Shown in pieces: positions 39,474-48,019 of a DNA stretch of 56,186 bases. How positions within the stretch are numbered: position 1 is the stretch's first letter; each line of letters opens with the position of its first letter. Source of the stretch: a virus (lineage: Duplodnaviria; Caudoviricetes); the IMG/VR virus record IMGVR_UViG_3300030012_002778, positions 1-56,186 of that record. One strand, given 5' to 3'. The notes below the pieces were generated by a model. The model was not told the DNA's origin. It saw only the letters and a list, made by a program, of their open reading frames with translations, and ran no database searches. Made by a program: the position numbers and the translations under genes.

Positions 39474-39550
39474 ATTTTTTACCTCCTTGTTTGCTCCTAT
39501 TCCCGTTGAAGCACTAGATGGAATCTGATGTCGTATTAGTATGGTTTTTA

Positions 39551-39578
39551 CAAAGTGCAACCATATGGTAACGCTTTG
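39551..39578. repeat. Palindrome R7
   Basis: caaag tgca accatatggt aacg ctttg. Confidence 0.9.
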
Positions 39579-39684
39579 TTATAACCCAATGCGGGGATTG
39601 TTTTTTATTTCGGCTATTTGCATATTTACCCTATGCGTGGCTCCTTTACCTAAGCGAAAACAATCAAAAACGCTTTCCACAGTA

Positions 39685-39984
39685 TCAACAATCTAACAGA
39701 ATGGGTAAACCATCCCAGTAGACACCGTTCAAATACCATGCAAAATTTCTTTGCACTATATTGACACCATCCAAACCGTTAAGGCGTTCTTTTGTGGTGT
39801 TGGTATCCCATCCCATGGTCATAATTGTAACATTACCGTTTGAATCCTTCTCAGCAATCAAATTGTTATGCAGATACATAGAAGTCGAACCGTCACAGGT
39901 AAAATGACGGACTACAGTATTACCTCTACTAAAATTTCTGTTATTATTGAATGCGTGAACTGCGTCTTGGGTTATTTTTCTCAT
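39685..39984 (-). CDS. Cassette 7 conserved-type phage hypothetical protein
   Basis: MRKITQDA..F...NT.V...LHNNLIA...GWDTNTTKERLN; start at 39984. Confidence 0.75.
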   Translation of the reverse strand: MRKITQDAVHAFNNNRNFSRGNTVVRHFTCDGSTSMYLHNNLIAEKDSNGNVTIMTMGWDTNTTKERLNGLDGVNIVQRNFAWYLNGVYWDGLPILLDC

Positions 39985-40023
39985 GTTATAGATTAAATGA
40001 CCCATTACTTAGGGTTGTTTCAA

Positions 40024-40054
40024 CAAAGCATCACAACCATATGGTGTTGCTTTG
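40024..40054. repeat. Palindrome R8
   Basis: caaag catcaca accatatggt gttg ctttg. Confidence 0.9.
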
Positions 40055-40092
40055 TTTGCACCTTATCTAATAAGATAATAAATAGGTTTAGC

Positions 40093-40335
40093 ATGTCAAA
40101 AGCAGCAGTTAAGAGAGTATCAAGCATTAGCCCATCAATGAAAAAAGAAGTCCAAACATCTATAGATTCGGCCATATTTACAGATATCAGTATTTTTACT
40201 GATGAACCCGATGCTATGATTGGCCTTATCACCATGGAGGCTATTTATGCAGGTATTGATAACGCTGTCAAATTTACACTTATGCATGATATGTTAAGTG
40301 ATGTCATGGAGGAGTTATTTAACGCTCTTGATTAA
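40093..40335 (+). CDS. Cassette 8 acidic small protein (opposite strand to other cassettes)
   Basis: MSKAAVKRV...; CCTTATCTAA TATA-like box just after R8, about 25 nt before the ATG. Confidence 0.6.
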   Translation: MSKAAVKRVSSISPSMKKEVQTSIDSAIFTDISIFTDEPDAMIGLITMEAIYAGIDNAVKFTLMHDMLSDVMEELFNALD

Positions 40336-40460
40336 ATCACCTCGTCGGGTCTGGTGTTCTTATTGGTATAATCTTCTATCATTAAGGCCACTTAAGTTTG
40401 AGGTAGTGCGACGGCACTTTTATGGGGCAGAAATCCCCAACTACCGACACATGGTTAAAA

Positions 40461-40480
40461 CAAAGCGCAACCATATGGTA
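40461..40480. repeat. Palindrome R9 (right arm missing)
   Basis: caaag cgca accatatggt a, with no ctttg. Confidence 0.8.
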
Positions 40481-40599
40481 AGATAGGTCATAAGAGAGCA
40501 AGCATTTGTTATTTACATTATAAACATATGACAACTTTTAGTCTAAGATTTTCTACCCTCCCTGTCTAAACATTACCTTGGGTGCTTCTCAATTGAACT

Positions 40600-40995
40600 T
40601 ATATCTATATTAATAGAATATCTATATGTTATATGATATATAATATAGTATAATGTCCGATAGTTCTCATCGGGTTTCGCAAGTGAGAAGAGAAATATCT
40701 CTAAAAAAATGACCTAGTTATAGGTATAAGTAAGATATTTTTACAATACTTCTCATTATTCTCATTTCTCTTTCTCTTCTTCTTCTTTCTCTCTCTCTTG
40801 TATTACATAAATATAAGTCATACAAAATTACCCTACTTATCTATGTGAGGAGAATAATATATATTGATAAGAGTCATGAGAAATGAGAATAATGAGAAGA
40901 GTTAGCATAACTAGGTCATTTTAGATAGGGTTGTCGGTATAACTAGGTCATAATTATTTCTCATCAGAAAACGAGAACTATTATGAGAACTATTA
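40600..40995. other. Nested inverted-repeat, AT-rich region; candidate replication origin or terminus
   Basis: IRs 40660-40670/40983-40993, 40706-40721/40907-40922, 40749-40770/40878-40899; many TGAGAA/TTCTCA units; located at the gene strand switch. Confidence 0.55.
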
Positions 40996-41090
40996 ATGCA
41001 CATTCCTGTAACCATCCACGATAATGTCAATGACTAAACTAATAGATTAATAAAAGTTATGAGTGAAAATGGGGCTTAGTGCTTCTATGT

Positions 41091-41106
41091 GAACCCTTTT
41101 ATATAG
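41091..41106 (+). promoter_or_regulatory. BRE-TATA promoter GAACCCYTTTAWAT (also 47223, 49397)
   Basis: gaacccttttatatag about 20 nt before ATG 41127; same motif precedes the Ubl gene. Confidence 0.65.
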
Positions 41107-41126
41107 TCCTAAGAATCTTGAAAATT

Positions 41127-41453
41127 ATGGCAAAAGAGGAACCTACCTATCCTATAAATAGCGAACTCGCTGAACTTAGGAGACTGATTGAAATATCTAT
41201 AACTGAAAGTAAAAAATTGACGAATGAACTGGAAGACTACAGAAATTTTATGGAACCCATTCATTGGGAAACTCGAAATAAAGTTTTTATTAATTATGCA
41301 CTAAACGGTATGAATTTACAAGAAGCATATGACTTGGCTATGTGCAGAATGTTTAGATTAGCAAACAAAAGTTTGGGATGGGAAAAACCACCTGTATTTT
41401 TAATAGAAAAAATCAACGATTATGCAGAAAAAAAAGAACAAACTGAGGAATAA
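41127..41453 (+). CDS. Hypothetical protein
   Basis: Start reassigned to MAKEEPTYP. Confidence 0.7.
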   Translation: MAKEEPTYPINSELAELRRLIEISITESKKLTNELEDYRNFMEPIHWETRNKVFINYALNGMNLQEAYDLAMCRMFRLANKSLGWEKPPVFLIEKINDYAEKKEQTEE

Positions 41454-41455
41454 AT

Positions 41456-41917
41456 ATGGATGACACAACATGGAATAGTTTGAAGATAGAAATTGAAGAA
41501 TATCTAAGTGCTGATGAAGGCTTAGACGAAGGACTAAAGCAAGTCTGTTTGCTTAATTTAAGTATTGGTGACACAAATCCCAATGAAAGAGAAGCCTGTC
41601 GGGGCGCACTTAAAGCACTACTAAGAGGTCGTGATGGAACTCCTTTCAAGAAAGGCCAAAAGTCATCAATACCTGCTTCAGTTAGAGTAGTTATTGACAA
41701 GATAGTTTCTACGGTTGAAGAAGCATCAACAACTTATTTTAATCAAGACCCAATAATTGGTGCTATTACCAAAAAGCAGAACAGAAGCGGTGGGGGGCTT
41801 TATGCCAACGCAGAAGAATATGCGAAGGCTGAAGGTGTCCGAGCAAGAAACCGTTTGGCTAAATGGTATAAGAACCAAGAATGGGACGGAAATTACGATT
41901 CACTTCTTTCTGTTTAA
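41456..41917 (+). CDS. Divergent member of paralog family A
   Basis: LSIGD, PFKKGQKSS, RSGGGLY, EWDG align with the 36790 and 38946 proteins. Confidence 0.75.
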   Translation: MDDTTWNSLKIEIEEYLSADEGLDEGLKQVCLLNLSIGDTNPNEREACRGALKALLRGRDGTPFKKGQKSSIPASVRVVIDKIVSTVEEASTTYFNQDPIIGAITKKQNRSGGGLYANAEEYAKAEGVRARNRLAKWYKNQEWDGNYDSLLSV

Positions 41918-42043
41918 TTCAGAAAGAAATGAAAGAGGTTTGCCAAGTAATAAGAACTATCTCGCATAATCGCATCTCGATATGGTAAGGGAGTTTTTTG
42001 TTTCTCTTCTCCTGTTCTTCCCTCTTTCTATTAAGGTGATATT

Positions 42044-42466
42044 ATGTATATTGAAATATACATTCAAGAAAGCGAACCCCGTGACTCTTATGAAGTCTGT
42101 AGGCTTTTGGAAATGTATGATGAATGGAAGAAAGACTTTCACTCCTCTATGAATGACCCCATTACTCATTATTTTTCACATGGAGGTTTTTATTGGATAA
42201 AAAAAGAAATGTGGGATAGTTATGAAGAGTCATTAGAATATGATTCAGATGATTTTGAAACCATCGGTTTTTTATGTGTAGATAATTGGCAAAAAAATAA
42301 AAAATTAGATTTCCTATTCATAGTTGAAAAAGAAAGAAGAAAAGGCTACGCTACGAAAGCAGTCACTCATGCTGACTTAGACGGAACCATTAATGCAGTA
42401 GACACTATACAGACACCTGATGGAAAAGCCTTTCTAGAAGCATACAGAAAAAGAGGGATATCATGA
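42044..42466 (+). CDS. GNAT acetyltransferase-like protein
   Basis: LDFLFIVEKERRKGYATKA acetyl-CoA binding motif A. Confidence 0.65.
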   Translation: MYIEIYIQESEPRDSYEVCRLLEMYDEWKKDFHSSMNDPITHYFSHGGFYWIKKEMWDSYEESLEYDSDDFETIGFLCVDNWQKNKKLDFLFIVEKERRKGYATKAVTHADLDGTINAVDTIQTPDGKAFLEAYRKRGIS

Positions 42467-42711
42467 GAATGCTAGATGAAGTCTATAGAAAGGCAGACAA
42501 GAACGAAGTTTGTCAAAAATGCGGTTGCGATATTCCTCAAGGAAGCAACTGCTTAGTAGAAACTTACACTAGCAAGGGAAGCATCATCACTAACATATAT
42601 TGTATCAAACCTCGGTGTAACCCAATAAATAATCTAGGTCTTAGGTTGTTTTGGGGTGCGGTTTCGGCCACACTGCTCTTTTGGATAGCATGGGGCATAT
42701 GGGTTAGATGA
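42463..42711 (+). CDS. Zn-finger protein with C-terminal TM anchor
   Basis: CQKC...C..C; LFWGAVSATLLFWIAWGIW. Confidence 0.7.
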   Translation: MRMLDEVYRKADKNEVCQKCGCDIPQGSNCLVETYTSKGSIITNIYCIKPRCNPINNLGLRLFWGAVSATLLFWIAWGIWVR

Positions 42712-42723
42712 GGAGGTTATGCT

Positions 42724-42775
42724 TCTATAGAAACGAAGATTGACCCCCCATGGGCGACCTATATAGGGTAGGCGA
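42724..42775 (+). promoter_or_regulatory. ~52-bp repeated regulatory element, copy 1
   Basis: TCTATAGAAA..TTGACCCCC.ATGGG...CTATATAGGGTAGG(G)CGA, repeated at 46931-46983. Confidence 0.65.
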
Positions 42776-43063
42776 CCCTCCCTATTGTCTTGACAGTGAT
42801 ACACGCCTCGCCTCCTTCAATTAAATGAGGCAGTATTATTTTGTTGAGACAAATATGGGGGAGTCGAGTCAAGGGGCTACACAAATGAGATGCGACTAAC
42901 AATCGCTGACTCCTCCCCCACCTTTCATATTCACAATTCGGAAAATTTTCTAAAAAAGCACGAAAATTTTCCTGACTATTTAGTATTTCACACGCATTAC
43001 CGTTGCTTTAATTAGCAATCTAAGCGTTTTCTTAGTCCATTAAAAGACAAAAGAGGTTTAAAC

Positions 43064-44503
43064 ATGATAAAAGGAACACAAGAACAAGAAGATATTTGGA
43101 ACGCAATAGAAAACTCAGACGCTCACATTTTTGTAAATGCTAGTGCTGGAACTGGGAAGACATTTACCATTGTAGAAGGTGCTAAAAGAATCGGTAATCA
43201 AAAAGCCGCCTTTCTAGCATTTAACAAATCTATTGCCACTGAATTACAAGAAAGACTACCCGAAGATGTAGAAGCAAAAACATTTCACGCATTTGGTTTT
43301 GCTGCTATTAGGAATGCAGGTGTTAAAACAAAAGTAAACAACTACAAACTAAATAACATTATCAAAGATTTGTTGGGTGAAGATTATCATATCGCACCAT
43401 TAAAAAAACTAGTTAGCCTAGTCAAAGGTTCTATGTTAGAAGGTAATAATAAAAAAGAAATTAACAAATTAATTGATGAATATAATATTCAATTTGAGTC
43501 TATTAGAGAAGAAGAGATAGCGGTTCAATCAATTCCTGCTATTCTAACTCTATGTAAAACACAAACTCACCACATTGATTTTGATGATATGATTTGGCTA
43601 CCCTTAGTAAGTGATTACCCACTTCCACATTATGATATAATGTTTGTAGATGAAGCACAAGATTTCAATGAAATGCAAAGAGAGTTAATTTCTCGCTGTA
43701 TTAATGGCGGTAGATGTATTATTGTCGGAGACAAGTATCAAGCAATTTATGGATTTAGAGGAGCAGATAGCAATTCTATTTCTATGTTTAGAGATAAGTT
43801 AAGTAATAGTTCAAGAGATATAGAATATTATTCTCTAACTATTACATGGAGATGTCCTAAATCAGTTGTTGAAGAAGCGAATAGATATCTTGAAAGTAAC
43901 AGGTTCGTATGTTCTCATGATGCGATAGACGGAACTGTAATAGTTGATGCCCCATTTAATCCACAAAGAAACGATATGGTTCTTTGCAGGTATAATGCGC
44001 CATTAGTTGGTGCTTTCTATGATTTAATTAGTCAAGGTAAATCAGCCTATATTCTAGGTCGTGATATGACTAAGGGATTAATTACTTCAGTTGAAAAAAT
44101 CACTAAGAATAAACACATGGGAACTCAGGAGTTTTGGGCTTTATTCATGAAGGACTTTGAGTTTAAACATGCTAAGTTACTAGAACAGAATAAGGTAAAT
44201 CAAGCACTAACTCTTGAAGACAAAAGAGACTGTATCAGTATTTTTGTTGAGAAAACAACAACAGTTGGCGGTATCATTGAAGAAATCAAAAGAGTATTCG
44301 ATGGTAATGATAAGGGAGAAATAATGCTTTCAACTGTTCATAAGGCTAAAGGTCTTGAAGCAGATAATGTGTATATTCTAGCAACTGATAGAATGCCACA
44401 TCCAAAGGGAGGGCATGAAGAAAACAATATTTGCTATGTAGCAATTACAAGAGCGAAGAAAACCCTACTATATGTTGGGCCAAGACCGGGAATAAATTAT
44501 TAG
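43064..44503 (+). CDS. UvrD/Rep-family SF1 helicase
   Basis: ASAGTGKT, FVDEAQD, VGDKYQAIYGFRG, STVHKAKGLE, YVAITRAKK. Confidence 0.93.
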   Translation: MIKGTQEQEDIWNAIENSDAHIFVNASAGTGKTFTIVEGAKRIGNQKAAFLAFNKSIATELQERLPEDVEAKTFHAFGFAAIRNAGVKTKVNNYKLNNIIKDLLGEDYHIAPLKKLVSLVKGSMLEGNNKKEINKLIDEYNIQFESIREEEIAVQSIPAILTLCKTQTHHIDFDDMIWLPLVSDYPLPHYDIMFVDEAQDFNEMQRELISRCINGGRCIIVGDKYQAIYGFRGADSNSISMFRDKLSNSSRDIEYYSLTITWRCPKSVVEEANRYLESNRFVCSHDAIDGTVIVDAPFNPQRNDMVLCRYNAPLVGAFYDLISQGKSAYILGRDMTKGLITSVEKITKNKHMGTQEFWALFMKDFEFKHAKLLEQNKVNQALTLEDKRDCISIFVEKTTTVGGIIEEIKRVFDGNDKGEIMLSTVHKAKGLEADNVYILATDRMPHPKGGHEENNICYVAITRAKKTLLYVGPRPGINY

Positions 44504-44514
44504 GAGGAATAATA

Positions 44515-44751
44515 ATGGAAGAAATGTTAGAGTTTTGTGGCTTTGAGTCACTATTTGATATGATTAAGTTTCACCTTTCGCAAGAAGAATTGATTGATTT
44601 ACTATGCGAATTATTAGGAGAACATGACCTATTAGCGCAAGAAATTTGTGAAGAAATAGCCTATGATAAGTATGGTTGGAAAGACTTAGAGGCCATAAAA
44701 GAAGATGCTGAAGATATAGCCTATCAAGCATTTAAGGATGAAAGAATTTAA
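44515..44751 (+). CDS. Small acidic protein
   Basis: MEEMLEFCG..., AGGAGG RBS. Confidence 0.7.
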   Translation: MEEMLEFCGFESLFDMIKFHLSQEELIDLLCELLGEHDLLAQEICEEIAYDKYGWKDLEAIKEDAEDIAYQAFKDERI

Positions 44752-44880
44752 TATTAGATTCCTTACGGAAATACGGGTTTAGCAGTAATAACGGAAAATA
44801 CCTCTTGGGGCTTGGTGTTCTTAGGCTAGGGAGTTTATCATGCGCTTCCTTCCGTTTCCCGCTATTTAAGAGGTGATAAA

Positions 44881-45132
44881 ATGATAAATTGGATTAAAAG
44901 ATTCTTCGTTAGAGAAGAAAAGGCACAGACTCCTAAGTGTGAATTATGTGGCTTAGGAGCCAAGTTTCATATGCTCATTGAGTTTAAAACTATGAAACTA
45001 GAAGAAGTAGATAATAAAATATTAATTAGAATATGTGATGGTTGTTATGAAGAAATTAATGAGAGATATAATCCCGAAGGAAAACCACCGACAATACAAG
45101 CCGGAGTTTTTGAATCGAAGTTACGAACATGA
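44881..45132 (+). CDS. Zn-finger small protein
   Basis: CELC...CDGC. Confidence 0.65.
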   Translation: MINWIKRFFVREEKAQTPKCELCGLGAKFHMLIEFKTMKLEEVDNKILIRICDGCYEEINERYNPEGKPPTIQAGVFESKLRT

Positions 45133-45229
45133 AAAAAGAAGAGAAGAATATTGCAGAAAACAAACTGCAAGTGGCCGCAAAGACCACTATAAAATATATC
45201 AAGAATCAATAAGGAGGATGAAAATATGA
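45059..45229 (+). CDS. Hypothetical small basic protein
   Basis: MRDIIPKENHR...; overlaps neighbours. Confidence 0.45.
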   Translation: MRDIIPKENHRQYKPEFLNRSYEHEKRREEYCRKQTASGRKDHYKIYQESIRRMKI

Positions 45230-45354
45230 ATGAAGAAATAAACGAATGCTATAATTGTGGTAGCAAATACAGGGGTCTTGACCTTTGCCCTACTTGTGAT
45301 ATGTGTTACAAATGTGGCGACCATAATTACTGTAATGATGAGGTGACAGAATGA
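45226..45354 (+). CDS. 42-aa Cys-rich microprotein (not in ORF track)
   Basis: MNEEINECYNCGSKYRGLDLCPTCDMCYKCGDHNYCNDEVTE*, AGGAGG RBS, ATGA coupling. Confidence 0.6.
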   Translation: MNEEINECYNCGSKYRGLDLCPTCDMCYKCGDHNYCNDEVTE

Positions 45355-45599
45355 AAATAAAAAATGAATTTGGAAATATAATATATAATGATGGAACAAT
45401 TGCTATGAAGACTAAATATATCTTTGAGGACACAGTATCTATGATGTTGTTCTTCAAGGATGAGATTTGGGATGGTAGAGAACCACACGACAATAATAAT
45501 TGGGAAGTTAATAGAAGTGAACTAACTATAACTTGCACAAATTTTGTCAAGGCTTTGGACTACTACGATTTAATATTAGAAGAAGGTGAAGAAGAATGA
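45351..45599 (+). CDS. Hypothetical protein
   Basis: ATGA-coupled ORF. Confidence 0.7.
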   Translation: MKIKNEFGNIIYNDGTIAMKTKYIFEDTVSMMLFFKDEIWDGREPHDNNNWEVNRSELTITCTNFVKALDYYDLILEEGEEE

Positions 45600-45856
45600 A
45601 GAAAGAAATAGAAATAAATGTGCCAATGGAAGCACTTCTACAAGACCCTGAACTATATTGGGAAAGCATGTGCGAAGAATACGATGGTATTTCATGTTGT
45701 CAAGAAATGAAAGATGACATGTCAAATAAAATTGCACCTGATATGTTTGCGGCATTGGCTGAGTTCATGATTGAACCTACAATTGAAAGAAAAAATGCTG
45801 TAATAATTATAATGGATATGTTGAGATATTGGCATGAAAAGGAAGTGAATATATGA
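45596..45856 (+). CDS. Hypothetical acidic protein
   Basis: ATGA-coupled ORF. Confidence 0.7.
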   Translation: MKKEIEINVPMEALLQDPELYWESMCEEYDGISCCQEMKDDMSNKIAPDMFAALAEFMIEPTIERKNAVIIIMDMLRYWHEKEVNI

Positions 45857-46497
45857 ATATATTTGCACTAACAAGATGCCCGATAGAATCGGCAAAACAA
45901 ATGATAGATAAGCATGTGATTAAAATGCCAACCGAGAGTTGTCAAATGCTACACACAAATGCCTTGTTTATGGATTTTGTAGATAGATATGGCTACGAGC
46001 CTTCTCTTAGAAGACTAAAGGAATATCATGAGGAAGAACAGTCTATTTTGATGAAACCTGCTATGCTTAATCATCCTAGCACTATTTGGGCTAGACAAAC
46101 TGATAATAATACTATGTGGTTGTTTCAACACGCTTTGGCTCTATGTGAAGAATATACTGTTAGATACGGTAAAGTTCATGGGACTTATGAGAGAATACTA
46201 CATACACCAATAGAGTATGATGCTGACTATCAGTTAGCAACTCCGCCTCTTGTCGCTATGGCTGATGAATATAGAATACCTAATACATATGGAGAACATT
46301 GTTGGGAGTTTGTTATAGACTCTTACCGCCATTATTACTTAGAAGGCAAATGGCGTTTCGCTGAATGGAAAACAGAAAGACCTATTTGGTGGCCAGTTAA
46401 TCATATCAATATGAGATGGAATGCTATGTTTGATAGAATTAACAAACAAAACAATCTATCTCTACCCTTGAAGATGTTACCGTTGGTGGTGGAATAA
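45853..46497 (+). CDS. Pyrimidine-dimer DNA glycosylase (DenV-superfamily)-like protein
   Basis: MNIF....P..SA..M.DKHVIKMPTESCQML, NHPSTIWAR, EYTVRYGKVH, YRHYY motifs. Confidence 0.7.
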   Translation: MNIFALTRCPIESAKQMIDKHVIKMPTESCQMLHTNALFMDFVDRYGYEPSLRRLKEYHEEEQSILMKPAMLNHPSTIWARQTDNNTMWLFQHALALCEEYTVRYGKVHGTYERILHTPIEYDADYQLATPPLVAMADEYRIPNTYGEHCWEFVIDSYRHYYLEGKWRFAEWKTERPIWWPVNHINMRWNAMFDRINKQNNLSLPLKMLPLVVE

Positions 46498-46715
46498 TGG
46501 ATGAAGAAATATATAAAATAATAACAGACGGATATGGCACTGTCTTTGAACCTGCTCCTAGAGAGAAAATAGAATTGCATAAGAAACATGCAAATGAAGG
46601 GATGGATATGGCTCTTCGTCTTTTCAAAAGAAACCCAAGCGCAGAACATTTCAACTTGCTAAAAGTTGCTATGCTAACTTATCAGTATTGGGTGCAAAAG
46701 AAGGTGATAGAATGA
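46497..46715 (+). CDS. Hypothetical protein
   Basis: Coupled ORF. Confidence 0.65.
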   Translation: MDEEIYKIITDGYGTVFEPAPREKIELHKKHANEGMDMALRLFKRNPSAEHFNLLKVAMLTYQYWVQKKVIE

Positions 46716-46930
46716 TATTACAAACAAGACACGGTAGAGCAATACCTCTTGTAAAAATAGAGTTTTCTAACGGGCAAATGGAAATCGTATTAGAGTTGAT
46801 TGACGAATGATATGTCAAATATGCTTTAACAAAGGATGGCACTTAGTTCCTAACTATGAATTAGAAACTATGGAACTAGAACAGTGTTTGGACTGTTTAG
46901 CCAAAGAACGAGATAAAAATACCAATTAAC

Positions 46931-46983
46931 TCTATAGAAAAACACCTTGACCCCCGATGGGGATACTATATAGGGTAGGGCGA
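46931..46983 (+). promoter_or_regulatory. ~52-bp repeated regulatory element, copy 2
   Basis: Near-identical to 42724-42775; TATA-like CTATATAG upstream of the next gene. Confidence 0.65.
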
Positions 46984-47019
46984 GGATACTACTACCCAAG
47001 AATAAAGAGAATGATAATT

Positions 47020-47355
47020 ATGTTAAGTAAAGAAGAATTAAAAGAACAATTAATACTTAATCATTTGATTAGGCATGATGGTCTTAATGAAAATGAAGCA
47101 ATTAAACTACTAATACAATGCGGTTTAGCCAAAGAACCAGTATTTAGTAATGTTATTACGACTTCCATACTAAATTTAATGTTAAAATTCAAAGAAAAGG
47201 GTGTGCGTTTGTTTGATGAAGTGAACCCCTTTATATTGTCTCAAGACGCTATCAATTTTAGTAGAGGTTTAGAGAGCGATATAGTCAATGAATTTGGCGA
47301 AACAGAAGGAAGAATTTTCCTTCATCCTAGATATTATAGGAGTGAATTAATATGA
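47020..47355 (+). CDS. Hypothetical protein
   Basis: Likely start MLSKEEL (47020) or 47011. Confidence 0.65.
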   Translation: MLSKEELKEQLILNHLIRHDGLNENEAIKLLIQCGLAKEPVFSNVITTSILNLMLKFKEKGVRLFDEVNPFILSQDAINFSRGLESDIVNEFGETEGRIFLHPRYYRSELI

Positions 47356-47615
47356 AAACAGAAGTAGAATTTAGAATAGTAGATGATAGCACAATGCCCC
47401 CAATCATTATTTCTTACAATGATGATGACCAACCAAAAGTAGTTTTGAATACTTATCACAAGATTTGGATAAGTCTAAACAGAAGGTTGATTGCGGGAAT
47501 CATAGAAAATCTACAAGAAAAGATGGATGTAATCTTAACAGGTTTTTTGAGTGAACAACGAGTTTATGAAAAGCAAGACCAACAAGATATGATGTATCTA
47601 GGTGATGAACAGTGA
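47352..47615 (+). CDS. Hypothetical protein
   Basis: Coupled ORF. Confidence 0.7.
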   Translation: MKTEVEFRIVDDSTMPPIIISYNDDDQPKVVLNTYHKIWISLNRRLIAGIIENLQEKMDVILTGFLSEQRVYEKQDQQDMMYLGDEQ

Positions 47616-48019
47616 GTGGTATTGTAAAGAATTGTATTCAGTGCAAGAAACCATTTCACACCATGTCTACTTCTACTACTGAAAATATTTGTAGGACTTG
47701 TTGGATGGATAAAAAACAAGATATCGCTATTAGAAGAAGTGAGAACAAACAGAACAATGTTATTCTTTCTATAGAAAGAAGACTAGATACTTTAGAAAGT
47801 TATGATGTAGCATATCAGGTCGAAATGAAAGTGAACACCATGCTACAACACATGATGCCTACAGATTTAGAAAAGATGTTTAATGCTAAATTAGATAAAT
47901 ATCTAAAAGAACACGAAAAGAAACTTAGGCAACTAAGAGAAAAACAACAAAAACAGATTAGTATATTACATACGAGAATCCAAGAATTAGAAAAGGAGTT
48001 GGAAAGTCTTTATGGTTAG
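47612..48019 (+). CDS. Zn-finger plus coiled-coil protein
   Basis: CIQC...CRTC; heptad C-terminus. Confidence 0.7.
   Translation: MSGIVKNCIQCKKPFHTMSTSTTENICRTCWMDKKQDIAIRRSENKQNNVILSIERRLDTLESYDVAYQVEMKVNTMLQHMMPTDLEKMFNAKLDKYLKEHEKKLRQLREKQQKQISILHTRIQELEKELESLYG

Noticed and set aside
37773-40092. Long N-terminal extensions of cassette ORFs given in the ORF track (37883, 39560, 40005, 39997 starts)
   Set aside because: They read through the palindromes or promoters; downstream ATGs have better TATA/RBS context and match paralog starts.
35875-40480. CRISPR array or mini-array interpretation of the palindromic repeats
   Set aside because: Intervals are 370-790 bp and gene-bearing, repeats vary in length and orientation, and no cas genes are present.
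42740-42766. Bacterial sigma70 promoter (TTGACC...TATA)
   Set aside because: Spacer is only about 13-14 nt and the virus context is archaeal; treated as a TATA-based element.
41918-44880. tRNA genes in the GC-richer intergenic gaps
   Set aside because: No cloverleaf with T-loop GTTCRA and D-loop consensus found by eye; tRNAscan-SE would settle it.
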